A DNA stretch of 63,313 nt, filler included, from Chiloscyllium plagiosum (GCF_004010195.1; 6 parts of one record of this genome joined end to end with filler, not necessarily neighbours in it), one strand, 5' to 3'. Positions 49,325 through 63,119 are shown, counted from the whole stretch's first letter. The notes: generated from the sequence alone by a model not told the origin. A program made the numbers and translations.

Positions 49325-50887
49325 GCAATAGAGTCTCGGACATGTACAGCACAGAAAAAGACCTTTCGGTCTGATCGCCCATACCGACCAAATATCCTAA
49401 ATAAATCTCGTCCTCCTTGACAGCACTTGGCCCATCTCCCTCTAAACACTTCCCATGCACGTATCCGTCCAACTGCATTTTAAATAGTGTAACCGTACCT
49501 GCCTCCACCACCTCTTTTGACTGCTCAATCCATGCACACAGCAGTCTCTGTGTGAAAATGTTGTCCCTCGTGTCCCTTTCTAAATCCTGCCCCTCTCACC
49601 TTAAAACTTTGTCTTCTAATTTTGGAATCGCCTATCCTGGGAAAAGGCATTGATTGTTTGCCTAATCTGTGCCTCTCCTGATTTTATAAACCTCTTTAAG
49701 GTCACCCCTCAGCCTCAACACTTGAAAGTAGTCCCAGCCTATTCAAACTCTCCCTGTGACTCTAACCCTTCATCACCTGCAACATTCTTTTAAATCTCAT
49801 CTGCAGGCTTTCAAGTTTGACAACATCTTTCCGAAAGCAGGGAGACCAGAATTAAAGGAAATATTACAAAACTGGCCAAACCAATGTCTTGGACAGGTGC
49901 AACATATCATGCAAACTCTTAGACTCAAAGCACGTACCAATAAAGGGAACATCACCATGTGCCTTCTTCACTGCGCTGTCTACCTGTGACGACACTTTCA
50001 GGGAATGGAGAACCTGAATCACAAGGTGACACAGTCGCTCAGTGACTAGCATTGCTGCTTCAGAGCGCAGCGATCTGGGTTTAATTCCATCCTTGAATGA
50101 CTGCCTGTGTGGAGTTTGCATATTATCCCCGTGTCTGCATGGGTTTCCTCCAGATGTTATGTTTTCCTCCGGCATGATAAGGATATACAGATAAGGGTAG
50201 ATTAGCCATGCTAAATTGCGTACAATACCCAGGGATGTGTAGGCGAGGTGGATTAGCCATGGGAAATACAGGCTCAGAGGGACAGGGCAGGGTTTTGTCC
50301 ATTGGGATACTGTTTAGAGGGTCGGTGTGGCCTCGATGGGCCGAATAGGCTGTTTCCTTACTGTAGGGATTCGGTCATTTCTATGGAGTTCTCCTTGATT
50401 GGCAGCTTTTGACAGGACCCTACCTACATGTCTTGCCTTGATTTATCTTGCTAAAATGCAACATTCTTTCTTTTATATAAAATAAACCCCATCTGCCACT
50501 CCTCGGCTCACCTAAACAAAGTCCCATTATACTCTGAGAGATCATTCTTCACTGTCGACTATACCACCAAATTTGGAATTATTATCAAACTTACTGACCA
50601 TACTTCATATACTCAAATGCAAATGATTTGTATAAGTGACAAAAGGCAGTGGACCCACTATTGATTTTTGCAGCACGCCACTGGTCACAGGTCTCCAAAT
50701 TTAATGAACAAATATTCACTGTCACGCCCTGTCTCTGCTATTCAAGAAAAAAATGGATGTAAATGGCGAGCTTTCCCTGGATTCCAGTCTAACCTTGTTA
50801 ACCAGGCTACCATGTAGAACAGTTTTGTTTTCTTACTGAATTCCATAAAGACAACATCCACTGTCCTGCTTTCATCAATCGTCTTCA
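49325..50887 (-). mobile_element. CR1 LINE fragment containing a + strand SINE (~50025-50385)
   Basis: Reverse CR1 tail and VEAGTVTLFK/KVSSQVDSAVKKA pieces; the insert has an HE1-like head and CR1-like tail. Confidence 0.85.
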
Positions 50888-51387
50888 NNNNNNNNNNNNN
50901 NNNNNNNNNNNNNNNNNNNNNNNNNNNNNNNNNNNNNNNNNNNNNNNNNNNNNNNNNNNNNNNNNNNNNNNNNNNNNNNNNNNNNNNNNNNNNNNNNNNN
51001 NNNNNNNNNNNNNNNNNNNNNNNNNNNNNNNNNNNNNNNNNNNNNNNNNNNNNNNNNNNNNNNNNNNNNNNNNNNNNNNNNNNNNNNNNNNNNNNNNNNN
51101 NNNNNNNNNNNNNNNNNNNNNNNNNNNNNNNNNNNNNNNNNNNNNNNNNNNNNNNNNNNNNNNNNNNNNNNNNNNNNNNNNNNNNNNNNNNNNNNNNNNN
51201 NNNNNNNNNNNNNNNNNNNNNNNNNNNNNNNNNNNNNNNNNNNNNNNNNNNNNNNNNNNNNNNNNNNNNNNNNNNNNNNNNNNNNNNNNNNNNNNNNNNN
51301 NNNNNNNNNNNNNNNNNNNNNNNNNNNNNNNNNNNNNNNNNNNNNNNNNNNNNNNNNNNNNNNNNNNNNNNNNNNNNNNNNNNNNNN

Positions 51388-51900
51388 CCTATTGTAAAGA
51401 TGTTGTGAAACTTGAAAGTGTTCAGAAAAGATCTACAACGATTTTGCCAGGGTTGGAGGATTTGAGCTATAGGGAAAGGCTGAAATGACTGGGACCGTTT
51501 TCCCTGGAGCGTCAGAGGCTAAGGTGTGACATTCTTGAAGTTTATAAAATCATGAGTGGCATGGATAGGAACAGACAAGATCTTTTCCCTGAAGTGGTGG
51601 AGACCAAAGCTAGAGGGCATAGGTTTAGGGTGAGAGAGGAAAGATTTAAAAGGGACCTAAGGGGCAACCTTTTTACGTAGTGTGTGGTGTATGTATAGAA
51701 TGTACTGCCAGAGGAAGTGGCTGGTACAATTGCAGCATTCAAAAGGCATCTGGATTGGCATGTGAATAAAAAGGGTTTAGTGGGATATGGGCCAGACTGG
51801 CAGATGGGACGAGATTAAGAAAGGATGTCTGGGTGGCGTGGACGAGTTGGACCGAAGGGTCCATTTATGTGCTGTACGTCGCTAGGATTCGCTGGCTCTA
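51388..51900 (+). mobile_element. CR1 LINE 3' end
   Basis: KDVVKLESVQKRSTTILPGLEDLSYRERL and tail similar to 27670-28200. Confidence 0.9.
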
Positions 51901-53262
51901 AATGTTTTCCACTGTTCATTTACAGACTGACATTTCAGACTGTTTCGCCTGGTTACTTTGGTCAGTTGTCTCTCAAAATCATATAATGGGCTTTGTTAAT
52001 GATGCTCGGGTGTGCTTTATGGTCACTTTAAAATATCATAATCTCTTTGAACTTCAGGATAATTTCCTGGAGAATCTTGGTGTGATATTGCTCCTTCACT
52101 CAGCTTCATCATCCAACGGTCGCTCTGAGATAGTTACATCCCTAGCCAGTTGTACAATGTGTTATTCAAAGAAACACTGACAAAAATATTCAAGGAGGAT
52201 CTCGGATAATATCACTCTTGCCACTGTGTCTGTCCCAGATTAAACAAAGATTGAAGTCTCCAAAAATTATCTCACCACCTTTGCTACAATTTCGAATGAA
52301 TTCCTGTTTAATGCAGGGATGAACAATGAAATACTGCAAGGCCGCATAAAAACTGTTCTCCTGCTTGTGTTTTTGACACGTAGTACCCAGAATTTGCATT
52401 CAGGCTGATTCAGCTGCATAATCTGAAGCCAAATGCTTTCTCTGTAATACCTTTGTTATCCATTACTGTCAGGGTTCCCATCTTGCTTTTATATTCTGCC
52501 TGAGATCCTGTAAGACTGTTTACCGTTGAATATTCATGTTCCCCCCTTGTTCAACCTGTAACCACGTCTGTCTGGTGACTAAATCTCATTTATCTCTGTG
52601 CCACAAGACTATTACGTTATTGAAGATACTTTGGCAATTCCAAAAAAAATTATAATTTACATTTTCCCGCAATTTCCTATCACAATCCTATTCAGTGATG
52701 TTCATTTTTAGTTCAACTCTGTCCCTTCCTGTTCATTTCTGCTTGTCTTCAGCCACATACCCATGCTGTTCCGAGGCTTCAAATTTGCTCTTTGGATTTG
52801 GAAAGCCCCTTTCACCTGAACGCTGTCCCTGCATCCTCTCTGTCAGTTTAAAGACCTGTCCATAAACCTACCTACATGATTAGGCAGGACACTGGTCCCA
52901 GCAATTTTGTTTTTAATGCACTCATGGGATGTTGCTGTCTTTGGCTGGTCAGCAGTTCATGCCGACCGACAGCTGCTCTGGAGCTGAGTGGCTTGCAAGA
53001 CCATTTTAGAGGGCAGTTGAGAGCCAATCCCATTACTCTAGGTCTGGATTCATATGTAGGCCAGACCGGCAGCCTATAACAGATTTCCTTCTTTATAGGA
53101 TATTAAGTAGTCAGAAGGGTATCCCTGCTACCGGCATTAAATTCCGGATGAACAGTCTAGTGAGAGTAACACTAGGCCATTGCCTGGCCCACTGATTCCT
53201 CCCTCATCCCTGAGTACTGATCCCAGTGCACAATGAATCAACCCTCTTCGTCCTGACTGTGG

Positions 53263-53470
53263 TTTGATCCTGATACCTTCCCGTACTCTGGTGATATCAC
53301 TCAGTATATCTCCATGTGATATCTGTCACTGTGAGGGTCTAATTGTTGCCGGTGACTGCAGCTTTTGCCGCTCCTCCAGATCCTGAGCCAACAGAATTCT
53401 CCACTCCAGAGAGACGCAGCAGCACAGGCCAGGATGGAGACTGGGATTTTCCAGATCTCTGTGGGACTCA
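53263..53470 (+). promoter_or_regulatory. Repeated non-coding module, copy 3 (cut by contig end)
   Basis: Colinear with 6003-6215; GGGATTTTCC at 53443-53452. Confidence 0.5.
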
Positions 53471-53570
53471 NNNNNNNNNNNNNNNNNNNNNNNNNNNNNN
53501 NNNNNNNNNNNNNNTTAATTAATTAANNNNNNNNNNNNNNNNNNNNNNNNNNNNNNNNNNNNNNNNNNNN

Positions 53571-56500
53571 TCCGTCACACTAATCCCCTCACACTCACTC
53601 CATCTCCTTCACACTGATCCCCTCACACTCACTCCATCTCCGTCACACTGACCCCGTCATACTCACTTCAGCACCGTCAACCTGACCCCCTCGCACTCAC
53701 TCCATCACCGTCACACTAATTCCCTCACACTCACTCCATCAAAGTCACCCAATCCTCTCCCTGACCCCCTCACACTCACTCCATCATCATCAAACTGACC
53801 CCCTCACACTGACTCCTTCAGCGTCACCCAGAGCCGCTCACACTCGCTCCATCATCCTCACCCTGGCCCGCTCACACTGACTCCGTCACCATCACCATGA
53901 CCCCCCCACACACTCACTCCAACACCATCACACTGATCCCCTCACCCACACTCCATCACCATCGCACTCATCACCCCACACTCTCTCCATCTCCGTCACA
54001 CTGTCCCCCTCACACTCACTCCATCACTGTCAGCCTGACCCCCTCACACTCATAATATCTCTGTCACACTGACTCCCTCACACTCGCTCCACCACTGTCA
54101 CTGTGACCCCCTCACACTCACTCCATCACCATCTCCATGACCACCTCACCGTCACTCCTTCACCATCACTCTTGCTTCCTCGCACTCACTCCATCAGTGT
54201 CACTCTGACCCCCTCACGCTCACTCCTTCACCGTCACACTCATCCCTTCATACTCACTGCATCACCGTCAACCTGACCCCCTCACACTCACTCCATCACC
54301 TTCATCCTGACAATCTCACACTGACACGATCCCAGTCACATTGAACCCCTCACACTCACTCGGTCACCGTCACCCCGATTCCCTCACACTCACTCCATCA
54401 CCGTCTCCCTGACCCCTCACACTCACGCGATCCCAGTCACACTGACCCCCTCACACTCACTCCCTCACCGTCACCATGACCCTCTCATACTCAACGCATC
54501 ACCGTCATCCTGACCCTCTCGCACTCACTCCATCAACTTCACACTGATCCCCTCACACTCCCTCCATCACCATCTTCCTGACAACCTCACACTCACTCCA
54601 TCACGGTCACCATGAGCCCCTCACACTCACTCCATCACCGTCACACTCATCCCCACAGACGCATTCCATCCCCACCACCCTCACACCCTCAGAATCATTC
54701 CATCACAGTCACACTGACCTCCTCACACTAACTCCATCACCGTCACACTGACAATCTCACACTCACTACATCACCGTCACACTGACCCCCTCACACTCAC
54801 TCCATCACCATCACACTGTTCCCCTCACATCACTCCATCACCATCACACTGACCACCTCACACTCACTCCATCACTGTCACCATTACCTCGTCACACTCA
54901 CTGCACCATCGTCATCCTGACCCTCTCCCACTCACTCCATCAATGTCACACTGACCCCCTTACACTCACTCCATCACCGTCAACCTGACCCCCTCACACT
55001 CACTCCATCATCGTCACCCTTAACACCTCTCAATCATCCCGTCACCGTCACCATGACCCCTTCACACTCACTCCATCACCTTCACGCCTACCGCCACACA
55101 CTCACTCCATCACCATCACCCTGACACCCTCACACTCACTCCATCACCATCACCCTGACACCCTCACGCTCACTCCATCACTGTCACCCTGATCCTGACA
55201 CACTCACTCCTTCTCCGTCACTTTGACACCCTCACATTCACACCATCACCGTCAACCTGACCCCCTCACACTCAGTTCATTACAGTCACACTGACTCCAC
55301 TAAACTCACTCCATCACCGTCACCCTGACTCCCTCACACTAACTCCATCACCGTCACCCTGGCTCCCTCACACTCACTCCATCACCGTCACACTGATCAC
55401 CTCACACTCACTCCATCACTGTCAGTCTGACCCCCTCACACTCACTCCATCTAGATCACATTAACCCCCTCAAACTCACTCCAACACCCTCACCCTGACC
55501 CCTCACACTCACCCCATCAGCGTCACCCTGACCCCCTCTCCCACACTCCATCACCATCACGATCACACTGATCCCCTCACACTCACTCCATCACCCTCAC
55601 CTTGACTCAATCACACTCACACTATCATCGTCATACTGATCCTCTCACACTTGCTCCAGCACCGTCACACTGATCCCCTCACACATACACCTTCAAATTC
55701 ACCCTGACCCCCTCACTCACTCCATCACTGTCACACTGACCACTACACACTCACTCCAGCACTATCACTCTGACAACCTCACACTCACTCCATCACCTTC
55801 ACGCTGACCACCTTATACTCACTCTATCATCGTCACACTGACCCCCTCACACTCTCTCCATCAACGTCACCCTGACCCCATTAAACTCACTCCGTCAGCC
55901 TCACACTAACCCCCACAGATGCACTATATCACTGTCACCTGTCCCCCTCACACTCACTCTATCACCCTGACCCTGACACCATCACACTCACTCCATTCCT
56001 TTACACTGACCCCATTAAACTCACTCCGTCAGCGTCACACTGACACCCTCGCACTCACTTCATCAACGTCATTCTGACCTTCTCACACTCACTCCATCTC
56101 TATCATACTGTCCTCCTTACACTGACTCCATCACCTTCACCCAGACACCCTCACACTCACTCCATCACCGTCACTCAGAGCCCATTAAACTCACTCCGTC
56201 AGTGTCCCACTGACCCCCTCACACTCACTCCATCACCATCACACTGATCCCCTCACACTCACTCTCTCAATGTCACCCTGACCCTCTTACACTCAATCCA
56301 TCACCGTCACCCTGACACCCTCACACTCACTCCCCCATCGTCACCCTGCCTCCTCACACTCACTCCATCACCGTCAAACTGAACCCCTCACACTCACTCC
56401 ATCACCGTAACGCTGACCCCCTCACACTCAATCCATCACCGTCACCATGACCTCGTCACACTCACTGCACCATCGTCATCCTGACCCTCTCCCACTCACT

Positions 56501-57428
56501 CCATCAACTTCACACTGAGCCACTCACACTCACTCCATCGCCATCACTCTGACCCACCCACACTCACTCCATCTCCGTCAAACTGACCCACTCAGACTCA
56601 CTCCATCACTGTCAACCTGACCCCCTCTCACTCACTCCATCACCGTCATCCTGACCCCCTCACACTCACTCCATCACTGCCACTCTGACCCCCTCACACT
56701 CACTCCATCACCGTCAAACTGACCCCCTCACACTCTCTCCATCACCGTCACCCTGACCCTCTCTCACTCACTCCATCATCCCCACTCTGACCCCCCACAC
56801 TCACTCCATCACCTTCACCCTGATCCCCTGACAGTCACTCCATCACCGTCGCACTTATCCCCTCACACTCACATCATCACGGTCACTCCATCGCGGTAAC
56901 CCTGACCCCTTCACACTCACTCACTCACGGTCACCCTGGCCCTCTCACACTCACTCTATCACCGTCACCCTGACCCCCTCACAGTCACTCCGTCACCAAC
57001 AGTCTGACCCCCCTCACTCACTACGTCACACAATGCCCCTCACAGCTTCCACCGTCACTCTCACTCGGACACACTGCACCACCATCACACACACTGCCCC
57101 ACACAACCCCCATTGTCACGCCCAACACCACACACTCCTCCACCCTCACTCATACAGCCCCACACCACTCCCACCGTCCCGCTCATCACCACACACTCCA
57201 CCACCGTCACACACACTGCCCCACACCACCCCCACTCACTCCTGCAACATTACATACACTGCCCCACACCAACCTCACTGTCACGCTCACCCCCACACAC
57301 TCCACCACACTCACATACACTGCCCCACACCACCCACCGTCACGCTCACCCCCAAACACTCCACCACCCTCTCACACACTGCCCTACACCACCCCCACCC
57401 TCAGGCTCACCACCACACACTCCACCAC
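53571..57428 (+). repeat. 34-bp C/A-rich satellite (~100 units), consensus CCCCCTCACACTCACTCCATCACCGTCACACTGA, grading into a variant repeat after ~57030
   Basis: Period 34 (e.g. cactcactcc at 54963 and 54997); bounded by gaps on both sides. Confidence 0.95.
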
Positions 57429-58422
57429 NNNNNNNNNNNNNNNNNNNNNNNNNNNNNNNNNNNNNNNNNNNNNNNNNNNNNNNNNNNNNNNNNNNNNNNN
57501 NNNNNNNNNNNNNNNNNNNNNNNNNNNNNNNNNNNNNNNNNNNNNNNNNNNNNNNNNNNNNNNNNNNNNNNNNNNNNNNNNNNNNNNNNNNNNNNNNNNN
57601 NNNNNNNNNNNNNNNNNNNNNNNNNNNNNNNNNNNNNNNNNNNNNNNNNNNNNNNNNNNNNNNNNNNNNNNNNNNNNNNNNNNNNNNNNNNNNNNNNNNN
57701 NNNNNNNNNNNNNNNNNNNNNNNNNNNNNNNNNNNNNNNNNNNNNNNNNNNNNNNNNNNNNNNNNNNNNNNNNNNNNNNNNNNNNNNNNNNNNNNNNNNN
57801 NNNNNNNNNNNNNNNNNNNNNNNNNNNNNNNNNNNNNNNNNNNNNNNNNNNNNNNNNNNNNNNNNNNNNNNNNNNNNNNNNNNNNNNNNNNNNNNNNNNN
57901 NNNNNNNNNNNNNNNNNNNNNNNNNNNNNNNNNNNNNNNNNNNNNNNNNNNNNNNNNNNNNNNNNNNNNNNNNNNNNNNNNNNNNNNNNNNNNNNNNNNN
58001 NNNNNNNNNNNNNNNNNNNNNNNNNNNNNNNNNNNNNNNNNNNNNNNNNNNNNNNNNNNNNNNNNNNNNNNNNNNNNNNNNNNNNNNNNNNNNNNNNNNN
58101 NNNNNNNNNNNNNNNNNNNNNNNNNNNNNNNNNNNNNNNNNNNNNNNNNNNNNNNNNNNNNNNNNNNNNNNNNNNNNNNNNNNNNNNNNNNNNNNNNNNN
58201 NNNNNNNNNNNNNNNNNNNNNNNNNNNNNNNNNNNNNNNNNNNNNNNNNNNNNCCTTTTCTCACTGGCCCCTGAGTTGTGAGAAACATTGAAATGTTTCC
58301 CTGTAAAACCCCTGGGGGTTAAGGATGGACAAATCAGCGTTACCCTCAGTCTGTTACCATAGTGTCAGGCTGCTCCATCGCTGACGCACTGAACTGAAAT
58401 GAAAAAATCCCGGATGGATTGA

Positions 58423-59330
58423 TTAATGAGGGAATTTGATGGATGGATGGATTTGGGTGAAGGGATATTTCAGCACATTCTTCAGTTGCTGCCTGAACTT
58501 AGTCTGGGTCACGGCATAAATTGCGGTGTTTGTGCAGCAACTGAAGAGCTGCAGCATGAAGCCGAATTCCCGCACAAAGACATGGAGATACATAGACCGA
58601 TACCCAATACTATACATCCGGTACCATATAGAATACAGCATGAACGTTGACCATAACAGGATGAAATTGGCCGAGATCACAAAGAGCAAAATGATGGATT
58701 TTTTTCGGTTTCTCATTTCTGTGTCAGACTGAGTGTCCACATTGGTGTGAGCTCGGAGTCTCCTGCGGGCTCTGCTGGTCACTAAAATGTGTCTGACGGT
58801 GAGAACATTGAGCAGCAGAATCAGGAGAAATGGGACACCCGGGGTTTGGATGTGGTGGAGAAACTCGATTGTGCCCCAGACACTGGAGAATTGAACAGCG
58901 GCTGCTACAGAACAAAACCAGGGCTGGTTCTGCTTCCAATACTGAGGCTTGAGCATAAAATACCAGAACATGTTCTTTAAACAGCTCAGCACAGTCACTG
59001 CTCCCAAAACCACAGCCGTCGTTTTCTCACTGCAATATTTACTTTTCAGCTTCTGGCAACAAATGGCCACAAACCGATCAAAGGTGAAAGTGACGGTGAA
59101 CCATACAGAGCAGTCAGTGGCTGCATAAAGCAGGACGGCGTGGATATTACACACAGGGACGGAGTGCAGGAAATAAAACTGTTCCCAATAAGCATAGACA
59201 ATGTGTCTCAGTATCAGGTCGAGGATAATGACGAGGAGATCCGCCGCTGCCATGGCCCCCAGGTAACGTCTGACACATGGAGACAATCCACAATCTTTAT
59301 AAAGCAGGACGTAGATGGTCACTACGTTAA
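58423..59330 (-). CDS. Class A orphan GPCR, GPR139/GPR142-like; main coding exon (first exon not in window)
   Basis: Open ~302 codons after ttcctcacag acceptor; TM1 N, YLGAMAAADLL, FTFDRFVAIC, TM5 PFLLILLLN, TM6 FILLWS, TM7 CTNTAIY; TAA at 58423-58425. Confidence 0.9.
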
Positions 59331-60030
59331 CTGTGAGGAAGGAAAACAAACCCATTATCCATCAGCCTGGAGGCAAAGTGACCCGTTCGACTGGAGACCC
59401 AGTGAGATTTTCAAATGTGTCCCTGTATTCAGGGATATATTAACATAATTGGAGCTGGAATAACAAATTGGAATGCCTGAATTACTGACAAAAAATGAAC
59501 CATAAGAAACCATCCCTCCCCAAACACACAGTGACACATCCATAAGGACAGATGGTTTCTAGAACATTCGCAAACACTCGATCACTCGAGAGCAGACACA
59601 GGTCACTCCTTCCCAGTTCCGAATACGGAGGGTGGAAACGTTGCTGTCCTGAAGGATTCCCTCCCAGTTTCCTGAAGACAAACGGAGTTTGGGAATTTCT
59701 GCATCTTGGTCTAAATAGTCGTCGATCCCGTGTCGTGAATAAAAATAAACGCAGAGAAAACGTATTCACTCCTTTAACTGACTGAGGGGCCTTCGGAATA
59801 ATGTCTCCTTCTCCCTGGAACGGGATCTCTTCCCTCGGGATCTTATCGTTTGTTCAATTCACTGACGTCCGGCCGTTCACAAACAATGTCAGGGAAAGAA
59901 CGTTCCGGGGAATGTCAGTTATAGAATGTCNNNNNNNNNNNNNNNNNNNNNNNNNNNNNNNNNNNNNNNNNNNNTTAATTAATTAANNNNNNNNNNNNNN
60001 NNNNNNNNNNNNNNNNNNNNNNNNNNNNNN

Positions 60031-61043
60031 TCGGTCGCCCGAGATAGAAATGGAGAGGTCTAGGAAGGGGAGGGAAGAGTCTGAGACCGTCGAGATGAAT
60101 TTGAGGTCGGGGTGGAAGGTGTTGGTAAAGTGGATGAACTGTTTAACCTCCTCGTGGGAGCAGGAGGCAGCGCCGATACAGTCATCGATGTAGCGGAGGA
60201 AAAGGTGGGCTGTGGTGCCAGTGTCGCAGTGGAAGATGGACTGTTCCACATATCCTACGAAGAGGCAGGCATAGCTGGGGCCCATGCGGCTGCCCATGGC
60301 TACTCCTTTGGTTTGGAGGAAATGGGAGAATTGGAAAGAGAAGTTGTTCAGAGTGAGGACCAGTTCAGTCAGTCGAAGGAGGGTATCAGTGGAAGGGTAC
60401 TGGTTGGTATGGCGGGAAAGAAAGAAGCGGAGGCTTTGAGTCAAACGTGATGCGGGATGGAGGTGTACAGGTACTGGATGTCCATGGTGAAGATAAGGCG
60501 TTGTGGACCGGGGAAGCGAAAATCATGGAGGAGGTGGAGGGCGTGGGTGGTGTCCCGAACGTATGGAGGGAGCTCTTGGACTAAGGGGACAGGACCGTGT
60601 CGAGGTATGCAGAGATTAGTTCGGTAGTGCAGGAGCAGGCTGAGACAATGGGTCGGCCGGGGCAGTAAGGTTTGTAGATTTTGGGCAGGAGGTAGAAACA
60701 AGTGGTACATGGTTGTGGGACTATGAGGTTGGAGGCCGTGGATGGGAGATCTCCTAAGGTGATGAGGTTATTGATGGTCTGGGAGATGATGGTTTGGTGG
60801 TGGGAGGTGGGGTCATGGTCACGGGGGCAGTAGGAGGAGGTGTCCACGAGCTGGCGTTTAGCCTCAGCGATGCAAAGGTCGGTGCGCCAAACTACTACCA
60901 CGCCTCCTTTGTCTGCCGATTTGATAGTCTTTGCACCTATCGCATTTCCAACGCCCCTCCCCCAAGTCCATCCTCCCTAGCTTTTATCTTAGCCTGCTCA
61001 TTCCTGAAGAAGGACTCATGCCCGAAACGTCGATTCTCCTGCT
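60031..61043 (-). mobile_element. Penelope-like element: RT (minus) plus inverted terminal segment (plus, ~60925-61043) with hammerhead-like core
   Basis: FYLLPKIYKP..PGRPIVSAC, FTMDIQYLYTSIPH, GVAMGSRMGPSYACL, RYIDDC; CUGAAGA..GAAACGUC at ~61004-61031. Confidence 0.92.
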
Positions 61044-62900
61044 CAGTGGGATCAGGAGACCCTGAAGATGTCAAACAAGCTATTTTAATTGCTCACGAAT
61101 TGGTACCAGATACATGTAGACAGCAGTTCAAAAACATTAAGAAGTAAACAGGTCAGACTTTTGTTGAGTTTGAAACAATTAAACATAGGCATTTTGATAG
61201 ATGGATGCTTGCTTTAAAGATGAATTTCAGGCTGTAATGGAGATTGTTCTGCTGAAGATGTTGAAAAATTCACTTCCAGAGATAATAAGAATTCACATTG
61301 AGGAGCGGAAAGTTCAGGAATTGAGAAGGGCATGAGAATTAGCAGATGAATACATTTTGCTGCATTAGACAAACTTCCAACGAAAATTTCATCCTGCGAG
61401 GGATCGAATTTGGGAGTACTGGAGATGCTACACTATAAAAGGAAGAGTAGAGGATAAGAGTTTACCATAGGTTAAAGAAGATGCCCAAGAGGGTGGGCAT
61501 AAGGTGAAAGGCCTCAGGTGTTTTCACTGTAATAGATTGGGACACGGAAAATGACAGTGCCAGTGGATTCAGAAGGGCACTAGGAAAAGTTATATCACTG
61601 CCATAAGTTGGGATACATAAGGTCACAGTGCTGATCGTTAAGAAAGGCACTGTGGGAAAAGATGTCGTAAAAGAAGCTAAGTCAGTGGCACTAGTGGAAG
61701 TATTAAAGGAAACAGTGCGAGTGACGAAAGAGTGTGAGCAGGATCCAAGTTGGAAGCAACACTGCTGTTGTGGAAAAGCCTAAGGAAGACCTGAGAAGTT
61801 AAAACAGAAACATACTGGTATTTTCCCAGAATGCACAGTAACCAGATCCCATTGTCGTAAGTCACAGCTTGAAGCACACAAACTAAAGACAAAGATAAAG
61901 GAGTTGAGGTTCAGTTGGCGGACACCCTGTTTGACGTAATGATGCAGAGAAAACTTGAACAGGCAGTGGGTCAGACAGAAGTTTTTAATCATGTAAGGCG
62001 AAGGGACTTGCAACAGACAGACAAGACGATAAAAGATATATATTTGGATGCGTACTCTGAAAAGAAGGCAAAGATATTCTGAGGGTTATTATCTGAAAGA
62101 TAGAATCCTAAGACGGAAATGGAGACCATGGCAAGTTACTGCAGAGGAGGAATGTGCCGAAGTGCACCCGATTGTTTTGCCGCGAACATAGAGAAGGGAA
62201 GCGTTAGGGTAGCACATGACCTACCAGTGGGAGGTCATCTCGTGTAGAAAGACACAGGCTAAGGGACAAAAAAATGTTATTAAACTGCAATGCGCAAAGA
62301 TGTGGTTAACTTTTGGCATCTGTGTCATATATACCAAATGAGAGGTTGACCACAGACACTAATGAAAGTAGCATTTCTATAGCCAATTCCCAGATTCGAA
62401 TACCCCTTCATGTGGTTTATAAATGAGTGTGTAGTCCCCTCATGAAAAGTAGAGGAGAGAGAGAACTGGAGAAACAGGTGTTAATAACTGACTGACACAG
62501 TGAGAAATGAAATCCAAATGTTGTGGATTTTGATATGCCTCAAAATATGTTAGAAATGAAGAATTCCTTGAGCATTGGGACAGATTCATAAACTATCTGT
62601 CTCAGGTGCATAAAACGCAACTGAAAAGTTTGTTATTGCACTATGCACATATGCAAGAATCACATGAGGAGGACTAATGTTATTTTACACGAAGTAGACG
62701 TAGGGAATACTGTTCTGATAAAACAAAACCCATATCAGCTTAATCCTCTGAAATCCAGACAGGCCCAAAAGGATATGGAGGCCATGCTGAAGGAGAACAT
62801 CATCAAACCAAGCCCGGCCGAGTACAGCTCGCTGATCGTCTTAGTTCCCAAACTTAAAGGTGTTGGTTGATTCCGTGTGAATTATTGGAAGGATATGTTT
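61044..62900 (+). mobile_element. Decayed Gmr1-type Ty3/Gypsy internal region (gag, zinc knuckle, integrase, then RT)
   Basis: KQAILIAHELVPDTCRQQFKN, ELADEY, CFHCNRLGH knuckle, AHDLPVGGHL integrase Zn region ~62210, then IKQNPYQLNP..MLKENIIKPS..SSLIVLVPK. Confidence 0.82.
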
Positions 62901-63119
62901 GCATATTTCATGACTCTCAGGGTCGATGACTTTATAACTCATCTTTTATCATCAATTCTTCATTCTCCTCAATTCATTTCCAAGTCAAATATCCTCTGTA
63001 AATGCTTTCAATAATCTAACTTCCTGAACTTTCTTAAACAGAAAATTCCTGACATTGATGTGGTGCTGTTGAACCCAGCAGCAGCAGGAGCAGAATTGTA
63101 TTCAACTACAATCTGTAAC

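Noticed and set aside
53571..57030. CRISPR-like array of ~34-bp repeats
   Set aside because: Units are head-to-tail with no unique spacers, there are no cas genes, and the context is vertebrate.
57033..58291. Long His/Thr/Pro-rich ORFs
   Set aside because: Translation of satellite plus an N gap.
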